Shown here: positions 36,591 to 45,822 of the stretch, piece by piece
Layout: every line of letters starts with the position of its first letter
Position numbering within the stretch: the first letter of the stretch is position 1
Made by a program: the position numbers and the translations under genes
Notes under the pieces: model-generated
Databases searched by the model: none
Told to the model about the DNA's origin: nothing
The model's input: only the letters and a program-made list of their open reading frames with translations
Virus record (IMG/VR): IMGVR_UViG_3300020577_010873
Location: 1 to 64,000 of that record
Direction: 5' to 3' (one strand)
Length of the DNA stretch: 64,000 bases
Source of the DNA: a virus
Lineage: Duplodnaviria > Caudoviricetes

Positions 36591-39500
36591 TCAGTACCTT
36601 TGGAGGAGAGCAGCACGGCAAGTGAAGTCGATGGGCTGACCCACGTTGTTCTGGAACGTCAGGTCGACCGCGTTCGACACCGTCGTATTCAGCGTGCCAG
36701 AGACGGTTGGGTTCTCGCGGGCCGGCATTAGCGGAGTTCCGGCGACGCTGTAGTTGTAGTCCAGTCGACCTCCGACCGATACCGCGGCGGATGAGCCGGC
36801 GGTCTTGACCGTCAGATACACCACGGTGTTCCACTCCCAACCTGTCGGCTGCCACGAATCCGCGTCGTGAATGGTGAAGCTCACGGTCAGTCCACCGAAT
36901 TTCGCTCGCACCACTCCGCCATCCCAGTTGGCCGGAGGAGCGGTGAACACCCCTGACGCCTCCAGCTTGTAGATCGACCCGGTGGTCATGCTGTTCGCCG
37001 GAAGAGTCTTGCTCTCGCCCACCCGCACCGCGCTGATCACAGTCGTCTCGGCCGACGTTCCTGTGTCGACCGTCACGTCCGAGGCGGAACCGAAGACCAC
37101 TGGACTGCTGGCCCCGATGTAGAGCGTACCGCTGTTGGTTCGAAGGATGATTCCGGGGTCGGCCAGGATGTTGGTGAAGGCGAAGGTCGTGGATGGCGTG
37201 ACCGGAACCCACGCCCCGTTCTGGCGACCATAGGTGATGCCGTTCGTCAGTGCGTCGGTCACGACCCACGAGCCGTTGATCCGCATCTTCTTATCCAGAA
37301 TGTACCAGTCGACGGACGACACGTCGTTCTGTAGGCGCTTGGCCGTCATCCAGAAGAACGTGGGGGATCCGGAGTCGGATGGAACTTCGAAGTTGAAGTC
37401 GGTGTACCCGTGGTCCAGAAGGCCGCTGGCGGTTGAAATACCCCACCGCTTGGAAATAGCCGGAGCGTCGGCGGAGTAGAACCATAGGGTCGGTCGTCCC
37501 ATGTCGGCCCTGCGGTCGATCGTGACGCCGTGGAACGTGTTCCATCCCGTCATGTCGTTGTCCGTCGTGAGCCCTGCCTTGCCGTCCAAAGCAGCCTGTA
37601 GGCCGGTGGTGTCGGCGATCACGTGCGTGTGGTTGGTGACGGACGCTCCGATTTGAGTCCGGAAGTCCGCCGCGGTCATCTTGCTGATCGCGAACCCCGA
37701 CTCGTCGATCACCAAAGGCTTGAGGTTCACGCCGGGCGTCACCACAGGAAGGTCGTAGGCGAACAGGCCAGCGGTGGAGGTCAGGCCCTCGGCACTCAAA
37801 CCCTCGGTCGCGATGAGCGAATAGCTGACCGTGTCGTCCAGAACCGTCTGGAGGCCGGTGATCGCTCCAATGCCAGGGCGCGTCCAGGCGTTGTTGTACC
37901 GGACGTACCACTTACTGTCCGCCGGGGCGTCGGGGATGCCGTTGGTCGGGCTGGGTGTGCTGGGAATCGTGGTGAACGCCCCAAGGCCGTTGAGCCACGT
38001 GTTCGAGCTTCCTGCACCAGTCCCAATCCGGTTGATGTCCAAGATGCCACTGACGATGTTGCTCGCCGCGTGCGTGTGGTCTCCCGTCGCCACGTTCAGC
38101 GCCCCGGCGTAGAGCACGCCCGTCGATGTGTCGCGCTTCACCTTCTGGACGTTGTTGCTGATGGTGATGGACAGCGGTGTGTCGACGTTGAGCGCCGGAG
38201 CCTCGACTCGGAATCGGCCATCACCGATTTCCATGGTGTCCAGACCGATCGACCAAGACTTCGAGTTCCCGTTGAATGCCACGATCTTGGTGTTCAGGTT
38301 CGAGATGGTTGCAGATATAGCGTCCCCGGCGTCGAGCGAGTCGATGCGAGTGAACGCGATGGACTTCCAAGAGTTCGTCGGCTCCAGGCCGGCTTGGGTC
38401 GTCCAGTCAGGAACGACCTGGGCAGCAACGATCGAGTTCAGGTCGGCGAACGGTTGGAAGTCGAAGTACGCCTTCTCCGAACCGATGTTGCGCACGACCC
38501 GGACGTGACCAATGGGATTGCCCGTGCCAGCCGCGTACGCCCAGTTGCGCGTCATCACGATCTGCGCGTCGCTGTAGTTCATTCCGACGTTGAACTCGGC
38601 GGAGGACGATGAGTAACCGCCTCCCGAGCCAATGGTAATCCGAGCGGAACCGCGGGTGCCGAAACCGATGGGGTTCAATTCGGCCACACGATACCAATTC
38701 GTCGACTGCAACCCACTGACGGTTGACACGCGAGTACCGATGTCTGGAGCCGCCCATTTCCGTCCGTCGTAGAAGGCCGGAAGCTTGTCCAGCGAGTCCC
38801 AAATGGTCTGTCCGCGGTCGGGCGTGCTTACGATCTGGTCCGCGTTCTCCGAGTGCAGGTAGAGAGGGCGGTAGAGTTTGAACGCACCGCTAACGCCGCC
38901 CGACAGCATGTTCTCCCACACCACGCCGTCCGGCGCCGTCTTGTTCAGCAGCAGAGGGCTTTCGGTTTGGGTGACGTGGTTCGCCGCCAGGAACGTGTTC
39001 GTCGACTCGCTGAGATCAATGCCGCCGCGGAAATTGTGAATGCGGTTGGCCACCACCATGTTTCCGCTCAGGGCGCCAGGAGGGTAGTTCGTGGAGTAAC
39101 GACCGAACCGAATGCCGCGCCCGACACCGTTCGTGGTCGATCCGTCAGGCCCGGGACTGCGGATGATGTTCCCGATGATCGTCGAGTCCGACACTGGGTT
39201 CCAAAACCAGATTCCGTACTGCACTGCCTCCAGGGTGTTGTTGATGATCGACATGCCCTGACTCATGAAGCAGGAGATTCCGATCGTCCCGAAACCACTG
39301 GTGCCGGACGTGGTGCCGTTCAACCCCCAGTTGGTGGACAGCAGGAACTCGTTGCCGGAGATAAGGCAGTTCGCCGCCTCGACCGTGGTGTCGATGAAGT
39401 GGCGGATACGTCCACCGTTGAACTTGTTTCCGATCACGCGGTGGTTTCGGCCGTACAAGCTGATGCACGAATACTGCTCCATCACCCCCGACACATCCAC

Positions 39501-40556
39501 CCAGCCGGTGTTCTGCACCGACCCGTTGAAGCTGTTGGTGAAGGTGTTCCCGATGAACAGCCCACCCGAACCGCTGGCCTTGATGCACCGCTTGCCGATG
39601 TCTTCGAAGAAGCAATGGCTGACCTCGACGTTCGCGTCGTCGTAGGTCCAGAGCGAATCGGTCCACCGAATTGCATCCGAGTCCTCTCCCGGCAGGATGC
39701 GCTTGAAATTGCAGTTGTGAATGAGGATCCGCTTCGGCTTACCCGGGTATGTGAATGGTAGCCGGTTGATGTAAATGCCGTGGGCGAAACCAGTGCCGGG
39801 TGCGGGGTTCCCGATGATCCCGTCCGGCTGGGAGTAGATGTCGACGAAGTTGCAGTCCTCGATCGTCGCATGCGTGTCGCCGTGGATTGAAATGGCAATC
39901 GCCGTGATCTTGTTCGTGAACTCCTGAAGGTTGGTGAAGGTGCAGCTTTGAGCAACGAACCGCTCCACCCCATCGGCCAAGTCCACGGCGCGATGGGACG
40001 TCCGGCGCCCGTCGAACTTGATGCCCTGGATTCGCACCGAACTGCTCGCCACTTGGAGCATGTTCGTCAGCGACGCCGGGTCCTGAAGGATCGTCACTCC
40101 GTCACCGAAGATGTTCTTGGGACGGGTGACGTGGAGGTGCGTGATCAGGTTGGTCCCGCGCAACTGGAGTCCGAAGGACGGCCAGTCCAAAGCCGCCTGG
40201 ATCGCAGCCGTGTCGTCCGTCACGCCATCGCCCTTCGCCCCCCACCATGCCGCGTCCTGAACTGGAGCTCTTCGGTCAGGAAACACCCATCGCCCGCCGT
40301 CGCGGCATGGGAAGACGTTCCCGGTGTTCGTCCCATCGGTGGACGTGCGGTCCCACTCAACCAGACGGTCCTGCCCCCAATCTCCGGACGCCTCACGTCC
40401 GCCCACGGAGTACGTGATCTTCCCAGCCGTGGCGAACGCCGTGGGCTTAAGCATCAGCAACTCGCCAAGGGTGTCGACGCGCCGCTGAGGGCCCTGGGCG
40501 TAGGAGGACAAACCGGCAAGCAGCACTGTCCAGCAAAGTATTGCCCATCGGATCAT
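36591..40556 (-). CDS. Tailspike with a pectate-lyase-like beta-helix and a signal peptide
   Basis: WWGAKGDGVTDDTAAIQAALD; many IxxNxF beta-helix rungs; start fixed by ATGA overlap. Confidence 0.85.
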   Translation of the reverse strand: MIRWAILCWTVLLAGLSSYAQGPQRRVDTLGELLMLKPTAFATAGKITYSVGGREASGDWGQDRLVEWDRTSTDGTNTGNVFPCRDGGRWVFPDRRAPVQDAAWWGAKGDGVTDDTAAIQAALDWPSFGLQLRGTNLITHLHVTRPKNIFGDGVTILQDPASLTNMLQVASSSVRIQGIKFDGRRTSHRAVDLADGVERFVAQSCTFTNLQEFTNKITAIAISIHGDTHATIEDCNFVDIYSQPDGIIGNPAPGTGFAHGIYINRLPFTYPGKPKRILIHNCNFKRILPGEDSDAIRWTDSLWTYDDANVEVSHCFFEDIGKRCIKASGSGGLFIGNTFTNSFNGSVQNTGWVDVSGVMEQYSCISLYGRNHRVIGNKFNGGRIRHFIDTTVEAANCLISGNEFLLSTNWGLNGTTSGTSGFGTIGISCFMSQGMSIINNTLEAVQYGIWFWNPVSDSTIIGNIIRSPGPDGSTTNGVGRGIRFGRYSTNYPPGALSGNMVVANRIHNFRGGIDLSESTNTFLAANHVTQTESPLLLNKTAPDGVVWENMLSGGVSGAFKLYRPLYLHSENADQIVSTPDRGQTIWDSLDKLPAFYDGRKWAAPDIGTRVSTVSGLQSTNWYRVAELNPIGFGTRGSARITIGSGGGYSSSSAEFNVGMNYSDAQIVMTRNWAYAAGTGNPIGHVRVVRNIGSEKAYFDFQPFADLNSIVAAQVVPDWTTQAGLEPTNSWKSIAFTRIDSLDAGDAISATISNLNTKIVAFNGNSKSWSIGLDTMEIGDGRFRVEAPALNVDTPLSITISNNVQKVKRDTSTGVLYAGALNVATGDHTHAASNIVSGILDINRIGTGAGSSNTWLNGLGAFTTIPSTPSPTNGIPDAPADSKWYVRYNNAWTRPGIGAITGLQTVLDDTVSYSLIATEGLSAEGLTSTAGLFAYDLPVVTPGVNLKPLVIDESGFAISKMTAADFRTQIGASVTNHTHVIADTTGLQAALDGKAGLTTDNDMTGWNTFHGVTIDRRADMGRPTLWFYSADAPAISKRWGISTASGLLDHGYTDFNFEVPSDSGSPTFFWMTAKRLQNDVSSVDWYILDKKMRINGSWVVTDALTNGITYGRQNGAWVPVTPSTTFAFTNILADPGIILRTNSGTLYIGASSPVVFGSASDVTVDTGTSAETTVISAVRVGESKTLPANSMTTGSIYKLEASGVFTAPPANWDGGVVRAKFGGLTVSFTIHDADSWQPTGWEWNTVVYLTVKTAGSSAAVSVGGRLDYNYSVAGTPLMPARENPTVSGTLNTTVSNAVDLTFQNNVGQPIDFTCRAALLQRY

Positions 40557-42625
40557 ACAAAACCCTCCCGCTTGTAGTGGATGCCCGCGGCGTTCACGAC
40601 GTTGTCCACCCCGTCATGGACCGTCGAAGTGTCGTCCCGCTTGAAGATCGTCGTCTGCTTGCGCGAGTCGAAGGCCAGCACCCAGGCGCAGGAGACGCGG
40701 CTCTTGGTCAGGTCGGCGTAGGTTGGGAACCCGATGACCGCGCTTGCCTGATAGCTCTCCTCGCCCGATGGCGGAGGAGCGATCACATCCGATCCACCCT
40801 CGCGCACGAACGTGCGGTAGATCACCCGCCCAAGGACGGTCATGCGGACGTCCGTCCCGTTCGGGATCACCGCAGGGTCCGTCACGGTCGACCACTCGCT
40901 GATGATACCGTCACCCGGATCCCAGTTGGTGACGCGAGCCTTCTGCCAACTCTTGGTGCTCGCCAGCATCTCATCCCGGCTTGAGAACTCCTCGAACTGC
41001 GAGACCGTGGGCGGCGTCCCTGGAGTCGGACCGACCGGAATGCTCGGACCTAGCTCGTCCGTCTTCGTCACGGTGTCGCGGACCGTCCCGTCGGTGTCGA
41101 TGAACTTCCACACCGCGCTGGTGCTCGTGGCGTCGACCATGAGGAACCCGAAGTCTGTGATTCGAACCTCCGACCCTGCCTCGGGCGTCGCCTCAAACCC
41201 GTCCTGCGGGGAACCGCCTCCGGTCCCAACGACGAAATGCAGGCGGTTCAAGAACGTCCCGCGCTCGTAGTTGTGGCTGTGGCCGGAGAGTACGGCGTTG
41301 ACCTCCATGTTCGAGGCCCACCGCTGGGACACCACTCCAGGGGCGTACCGCTCGCCCGAGGTGTACGGCGCGTGATGCAGGCACAGGAACTTCCAGCGGG
41401 CGCAGCTTCGGGCGACGATCGACTGGAGCGCCACCCACTGCGGAGCCCCGGCGAAGTTCCCATCCGTCTCCACCACGGTTCCAGCGGTGTTGATCCCGCT
41501 GTTGGCGATCACCAGCGTTACCGGACCGAGTTCGACAGAGAAGTATCGTCCGTTCCCGGGGTTGCCCACCGCTTCGGAGACGGTGGTCAGGCCAAGGTCC
41601 AAGTCGTGATTCCCCAGGGCCACGACCAGCTTGTGGGCGTCGATGAACGTCTGGTACGGAGCCAGCGCGGACTCGACCGTCGCCGGACTGTATACCGCGT
41701 CCCCCAGGAGAACCACGTAGTCCGGGTTCTGCGCGATCACCGCAGCCGCAACCGCCTGGGCGCCGGCATTGGCCGTCCCGGTGTCTCCGACGAAGCAGAT
41801 GCGAGTGGACGTTCGAACCTCCGGGGCGTCCGCCGGAGGATTGGCCGTGAAGTTGATCTCCGCCGCCGCGGCTTCAGAATCGTCCGGAATGTCGCCGTTG
41901 ATCTGGTTCTCGCGGTCGCACGCGATGATCTGCTCAGCGTGTTCCTCTCGGAAACTCCGCTCCCGCGTCTGGAGATCGGGCGATGCGAAGTCCCGGCCGT
42001 ACTCCATGGTCAGCCAGAGTCGGATCAGCCGCTTGAACGCCGGGTCATCCGGAACGAGGTCGGTGTCGCGCCACTCCTTTTTGATGCCCCGCCACTCCAC
42101 AACCAGCTTCTCGGTCGACTGCAACCACGGACCGACGATGAGCCGTTGGGTGTGCGGGTCGATGGAGTAGACTCCGCCGCCGGCACGCCCACCCGGACTG
42201 TCGAGCGTCGCCGACGGCTGAATGAAACCCTGGTCTCCCGAAGTGATGTTGTTGTTCCGGTAGACCCATCGGGCGTTGCGCCGGAACTTCGCCATCCACC
42301 TACGGAGCGTCGGCAGCGTGACCGGCGTGTACGGGACAGCCGCGTCCCACCCGCCGGCCTCTGACCCAATGGTGTAGACCCGCAGGATCTCTCCCGCGGG
42401 CTTGGTCAGAACGCTCGCCCCGTTCTGGAACATGAGCGAGCACGATGGGTAGACGTCAATATGCCGCTGCTGGTAGCAGGGGATGTGACGCTGGAGCACG
42501 AACATGCCTTCGGCCAGACGGTCGGCCAAAAGCGTCAGCAGATTCTCAGGTGGACCCTGGGGAAATGCCGAGCCAGTGGCGTCGGTCGTCCCGATCACCG
42601 AGGCTTTGAGTTCGGCGAAGTTCAT
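40553..42625 (-). CDS. Head-tail adaptor-like protein fused to a purple-acid-phosphatase-type metallophosphoesterase and two spike-docking-like domains
   Basis: GDTG, GDAVY, GNHD, HHAPY and GHSHNY motifs from about aa 275; adaptor-like N-terminus and position. Confidence 0.75.
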   Translation of the reverse strand: MNFAELKASVIGTTDATGSAFPQGPPENLLTLLADRLAEGMFVLQRHIPCYQQRHIDVYPSCSLMFQNGASVLTKPAGEILRVYTIGSEAGGWDAAVPYTPVTLPTLRRWMAKFRRNARWVYRNNNITSGDQGFIQPSATLDSPGGRAGGGVYSIDPHTQRLIVGPWLQSTEKLVVEWRGIKKEWRDTDLVPDDPAFKRLIRLWLTMEYGRDFASPDLQTRERSFREEHAEQIIACDRENQINGDIPDDSEAAAAEINFTANPPADAPEVRTSTRICFVGDTGTANAGAQAVAAAVIAQNPDYVVLLGDAVYSPATVESALAPYQTFIDAHKLVVALGNHDLDLGLTTVSEAVGNPGNGRYFSVELGPVTLVIANSGINTAGTVVETDGNFAGAPQWVALQSIVARSCARWKFLCLHHAPYTSGERYAPGVVSQRWASNMEVNAVLSGHSHNYERGTFLNRLHFVVGTGGGSPQDGFEATPEAGSEVRITDFGFLMVDATSTSAVWKFIDTDGTVRDTVTKTDELGPSIPVGPTPGTPPTVSQFEEFSSRDEMLASTKSWQKARVTNWDPGDGIISEWSTVTDPAVIPNGTDVRMTVLGRVIYRTFVREGGSDVIAPPPSGEESYQASAVIGFPTYADLTKSRVSCAWVLAFDSRKQTTIFKRDDTSTVHDGVDNVVNAAGIHYKREGFV

Positions 42626-43069
42626 TCACGGCTGGGCGCCGGAGCGCCGACGAAGGGGAGGCGCAGCGGATTGATCCGCGGGAGTAGCCGCAGGAGCGGG
42701 TGGAGCATCAGCCGCCGCAGCAGGAGCCGCGGGTTCGGACGATTGTTGGGGCGCTGGTGTGAGCCGGGGGGCGTGCAATGTATCGGAAGCTGTGGTCGGA
42801 CCCCCCAGGGACTCCCGCGTCTTGGGAACCCACCGACCCACCCTTTTTTCGAGGTCTCCGTATTCCGCTTCACCGATGGCAGTGATCTCGCCGCCGATGT
42901 GCTCTTTGATGCAGGTCTCCAGGCAGGCGATGTGCAGCGCCTCCTCGGCCTTCGCCTCGTCCAACGCGAGGATGCCGATGGCGTCGCCGATGCGCTGCCA
43001 CTTCAGCGTCTTGCACGACTTCGAACAGTACGGACGAATGTCTGGGGTCTTGGTCTGAAAATACTTCAT
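42626..43069 (-). CDS. Hypothetical head-completion-region protein
   Basis: ORF between the capsid-associated gene and the adaptor; Pro/Ala-rich tail. Confidence 0.6.
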   Translation of the reverse strand: MKYFQTKTPDIRPYCSKSCKTLKWQRIGDAIGILALDEAKAEEALHIACLETCIKEHIGGEITAIGEAEYGDLEKRVGRWVPKTRESLGGPTTASDTLHAPRLTPAPQQSSEPAAPAAAADAPPAPAATPADQSAAPPLRRRSGAQP

Positions 43070-43097
43070 GGCTCGGGTGTTGAGGTTATGGGAAGGA

Positions 43098-43127
43098 CGC
43101 ACCTCCGGCGGTTAAACCGGAGGTGCG
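43098..43127 (-). terminator. Intrinsic terminator-like hairpin after the capsid unit
   Basis: CGCACCTCCGG/CCGGAGGTGCG 11-bp stem. Confidence 0.65.
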
Positions 43128-43141
43128 CAAGACCGATGGCC

Positions 43142-43663
43142 TTACGGGTACGAGGTGTAGGGCCAAGTCAGCGCCCAAGGCTGCTTGCCCGCCACCCGAA
43201 CCGTGAGGTTGGTGACGTAGTTCGTGGCGCTCGACGTGTACCCACCGAACAGCAGGTAGGCCGCACCACCCGTGTTGATGTTGGTTCCCCATGCCCGCGG
43301 AGATGTTCCACTGAATGTCAGAACAAGCGTGGTAAACGCCGTGGTCTCCGCCGTAACACCGTCGATCGAGCGGTAGACCGGAACGCTGAGCGTGGCAGCC
43401 GCCGGGTTGGTGTACATCAGGGCCGCGCCGATCTGGACGTACACGTCGGTGTGGCGACTGACGTCCACGAACTCGGTGTTGTTCGACACGCCGGTAACGC
43501 CGAACGATCCACTGATGACCGACGGAACGTTGGTCAGTGTGATCGGCGTGTAGGGCGTCAGGACGGTCTTCACGCCTCCGCGCACCTGGGGGATGCACAG
43601 AGCGAGCAGAGCCAGCACGCCCAGGAGCAGCCCTCCGATCTTGAAACGAGTCTTCGTATTCAT
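43142..43663 (-). CDS. Capsid-adjacent beta-rich protein with a signal peptide (decoration candidate)
   Basis: Immediately after the MCP gene; MNTKTRFKIGGLLLGVLALLALCIPQVRG. Confidence 0.6.
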   Translation of the reverse strand: MNTKTRFKIGGLLLGVLALLALCIPQVRGGVKTVLTPYTPITLTNVPSVISGSFGVTGVSNNTEFVDVSRHTDVYVQIGAALMYTNPAAATLSVPVYRSIDGVTAETTAFTTLVLTFSGTSPRAWGTNINTGGAAYLLFGGYTSSATNYVTNLTVRVAGKQPWALTWPYTSYP

Positions 43664-43705
43664 GGTGATGGTTTTCTGGTGATTGCGATTGCTGGTTCAG
43701 TCGGG

Positions 43706-45472
43706 TTACGGAGCGGCCACGCCGGAGACGAGGCGCTTGTAGTTGCCGATGACGATGGAGTTCAGAGGGCACTCCACGACCGCGGTGGTGATCTGCGAAG
43801 TCAGCGTCCGCTTGATCGTCGGGTTTTCCATCACGCAGGAGAACGAGGAGTCGACGCGCGACAGGTCGTTGATCTCGCCCACCGTGTACTGCTTCCGGTT
43901 CGAACCGAGCATGCCGGGGTAGATCGACCCGCCGTTGCCCCAGTCGCACACCCACAGGTAGTTTCCGAGGGACTCCAGGCCGGAGGCGAAGGCGTTCGCG
44001 AAGTCGTCGAGAGCGGGGTCGGTGATGAAGTTCACCGTCACGCCCTGCGGCTTGTACAAGCGGAACTTGGTGTAGGGGAAGCCCCACTCGTTCTGCCCGA
44101 ACTCAGGCTGATTGATGCGGACGATGTCGCCCGTGATGTCCTTCGAGTAGGCGACGAACGCACGCTGGAACTCCAGGGCGGCGTTGGACGTGCCCCACAC
44201 GTCGACCTCGGCCGCGTTCTTGCCCTGACCTTTGCGGGCTCGGACGATGTCGTAGATCGTGTTTTCGAGGAACGTGTTGATCGGGAAGTCCTGATTCGCC
44301 ACGTCCGTGAACCGGCCGCAGTCCTTCAGTTGCGGCAGCACGCCGATCATGTTCGCCCGGTAGAACATGGCCTGACCGCCAGTACCGGGATCTACCGAGG
44401 CACCAGAGAGTGACGTGATCGCGTCGAGCGAACCCCAGTTGTCGAGGTTCTGCTTGTTCGAGATGCGCTCGCCAAAGAGGAAGGCGTGGATCCACTCCGC
44501 CCGCTGGCGCACCTCGTCCTGCCGGTTGCGCTCCGCCTGCGGCAAGTCTTGGAAGATCTTGAAATACTCGTTGTTGGTCGCCAAGTGCTGGAACACCTTC
44601 TCGTACTCCGACCCGGTGGAGCGGGCGTTGCGGAAGAACTGATACCAGAACGGAACACGCTTCTCCGTGTTCACGTTGATCATGTTCCGGCACCACTGCT
44701 CGACATCGTGAATGTTGTTGATTCCCAACAGCACGAGACCCGTGGTGGCGGTGGCGTTGGGAGGGAACGAGGCGTTGGCCAAAGTTCCGCCCTCGGACTG
44801 GGACGCCGGCTGGTCAAGCGTTACTTCCACGTCGAGCGTGACGTCCGTATTGCGGGCGGCGTACACGATCTTGAACTGAGTCAGTTGGAACGCCCCGGTG
44901 CTGGCGTTGCGGCTGATCACGTGGATGCGCTTGTCCGGAAGGAAATAGTCGGGGTGCAGGTTCATCGTCCCGGCGTAGGACGACTGGACGGTCAAGCAGC
45001 GGTTGTTGGATCCGATGGACCGGCTGCCGGCGGTCAGACCAGGGCCGGCGGTGGCATCGCCGTAGGTCTTGGACGTGTCGAGCGGCGTGTAGGCGTCGCC
45101 CTTGACGTTGCCCGTGAGTTGCCAGTGGTTTACCTGTGTTTCCCACAGGGACTTCTGTCGACCCAAGATGTACGGGCGCACCAGGGACGGGCCGCGATCG
45201 ACCCGCTCGGGGGTAATCAGGTGGCCCATCGGCCGGGCGCTGGACATCAGCCAGTCCCACAATCCGGATCGAGGGATTCCGCACTGGGCCATCTCGATCT
45301 GGTGCTTGAAGAAAGCCTGGAACTCGTTCCACACGTCGGTCGTGGTGTTCCGGAACAGGGCCTCCATCTGAGCCGGGGACAGGCGAGAAATCTTCGCCTT
45401 CGTGACGGTCCCGACCGTGTCGTAGTTGTTTCGCGCCGCCACCTCGCACGCGGTGTAAAATCCAGATGCCAT
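43706..45472 (-). CDS. Major capsid protein (588 aa, with an insertion domain)
   Basis: Position after TerL and scaffold; HK97-like C-terminus TTAVVECPLNSIVIGNY; dedicated upstream motif. Confidence 0.7.
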   Translation of the reverse strand: MASGFYTACEVAARNNYDTVGTVTKAKISRLSPAQMEALFRNTTTDVWNEFQAFFKHQIEMAQCGIPRSGLWDWLMSSARPMGHLITPERVDRGPSLVRPYILGRQKSLWETQVNHWQLTGNVKGDAYTPLDTSKTYGDATAGPGLTAGSRSIGSNNRCLTVQSSYAGTMNLHPDYFLPDKRIHVISRNASTGAFQLTQFKIVYAARNTDVTLDVEVTLDQPASQSEGGTLANASFPPNATATTGLVLLGINNIHDVEQWCRNMINVNTEKRVPFWYQFFRNARSTGSEYEKVFQHLATNNEYFKIFQDLPQAERNRQDEVRQRAEWIHAFLFGERISNKQNLDNWGSLDAITSLSGASVDPGTGGQAMFYRANMIGVLPQLKDCGRFTDVANQDFPINTFLENTIYDIVRARKGQGKNAAEVDVWGTSNAALEFQRAFVAYSKDITGDIVRINQPEFGQNEWGFPYTKFRLYKPQGVTVNFITDPALDDFANAFASGLESLGNYLWVCDWGNGGSIYPGMLGSNRKQYTVGEINDLSRVDSSFSCVMENPTIKRTLTSQITTAVVECPLNSIVIGNYKRLVSGVAAP

Positions 45473-45606
45473 AATGAAGAACAGCGTACGCGGTACGCGT
45501 GCGGTCTCCACATGACGTTTCTTGCACCCAACGCGCATTGTATTGCGCGAAGGGCGTAAAGAGTGGCGGCTTCCTTTTGGGCGCCTATCGTGGTTTGATT
45601 CTGCTG

Positions 45607-45822
45607 ATGAAGACTGTCCTTCCCGCGTCCGCCGCTTCCGCCCTGGGCTTGGCTGTGGTGGGCGACGAAATCGAGCTTACGGTGTCCGCGGTGAACCCCG
45701 ACGGTTCGGTCGAGGTGGAGTCCTACGCCGACACTCCGGCGGAAGATGCGGCTACGTCGTCCGAGCCGCCGAAAGCGATTGGACCGGCGGACCTACCGAT
45801 GCCTCCCATGACCTACGCGTAA
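45607..45822 (+). CDS. Small acidic protein antisense to the late operon
   Basis: 71 aa, VGDEIELTVSAVNPDGSVEV; fills the TerL-MCP gap. Confidence 0.55.
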   Translation: MKTVLPASAASALGLAVVGDEIELTVSAVNPDGSVEVESYADTPAEDAATSSEPPKAIGPADLPMPPMTYA

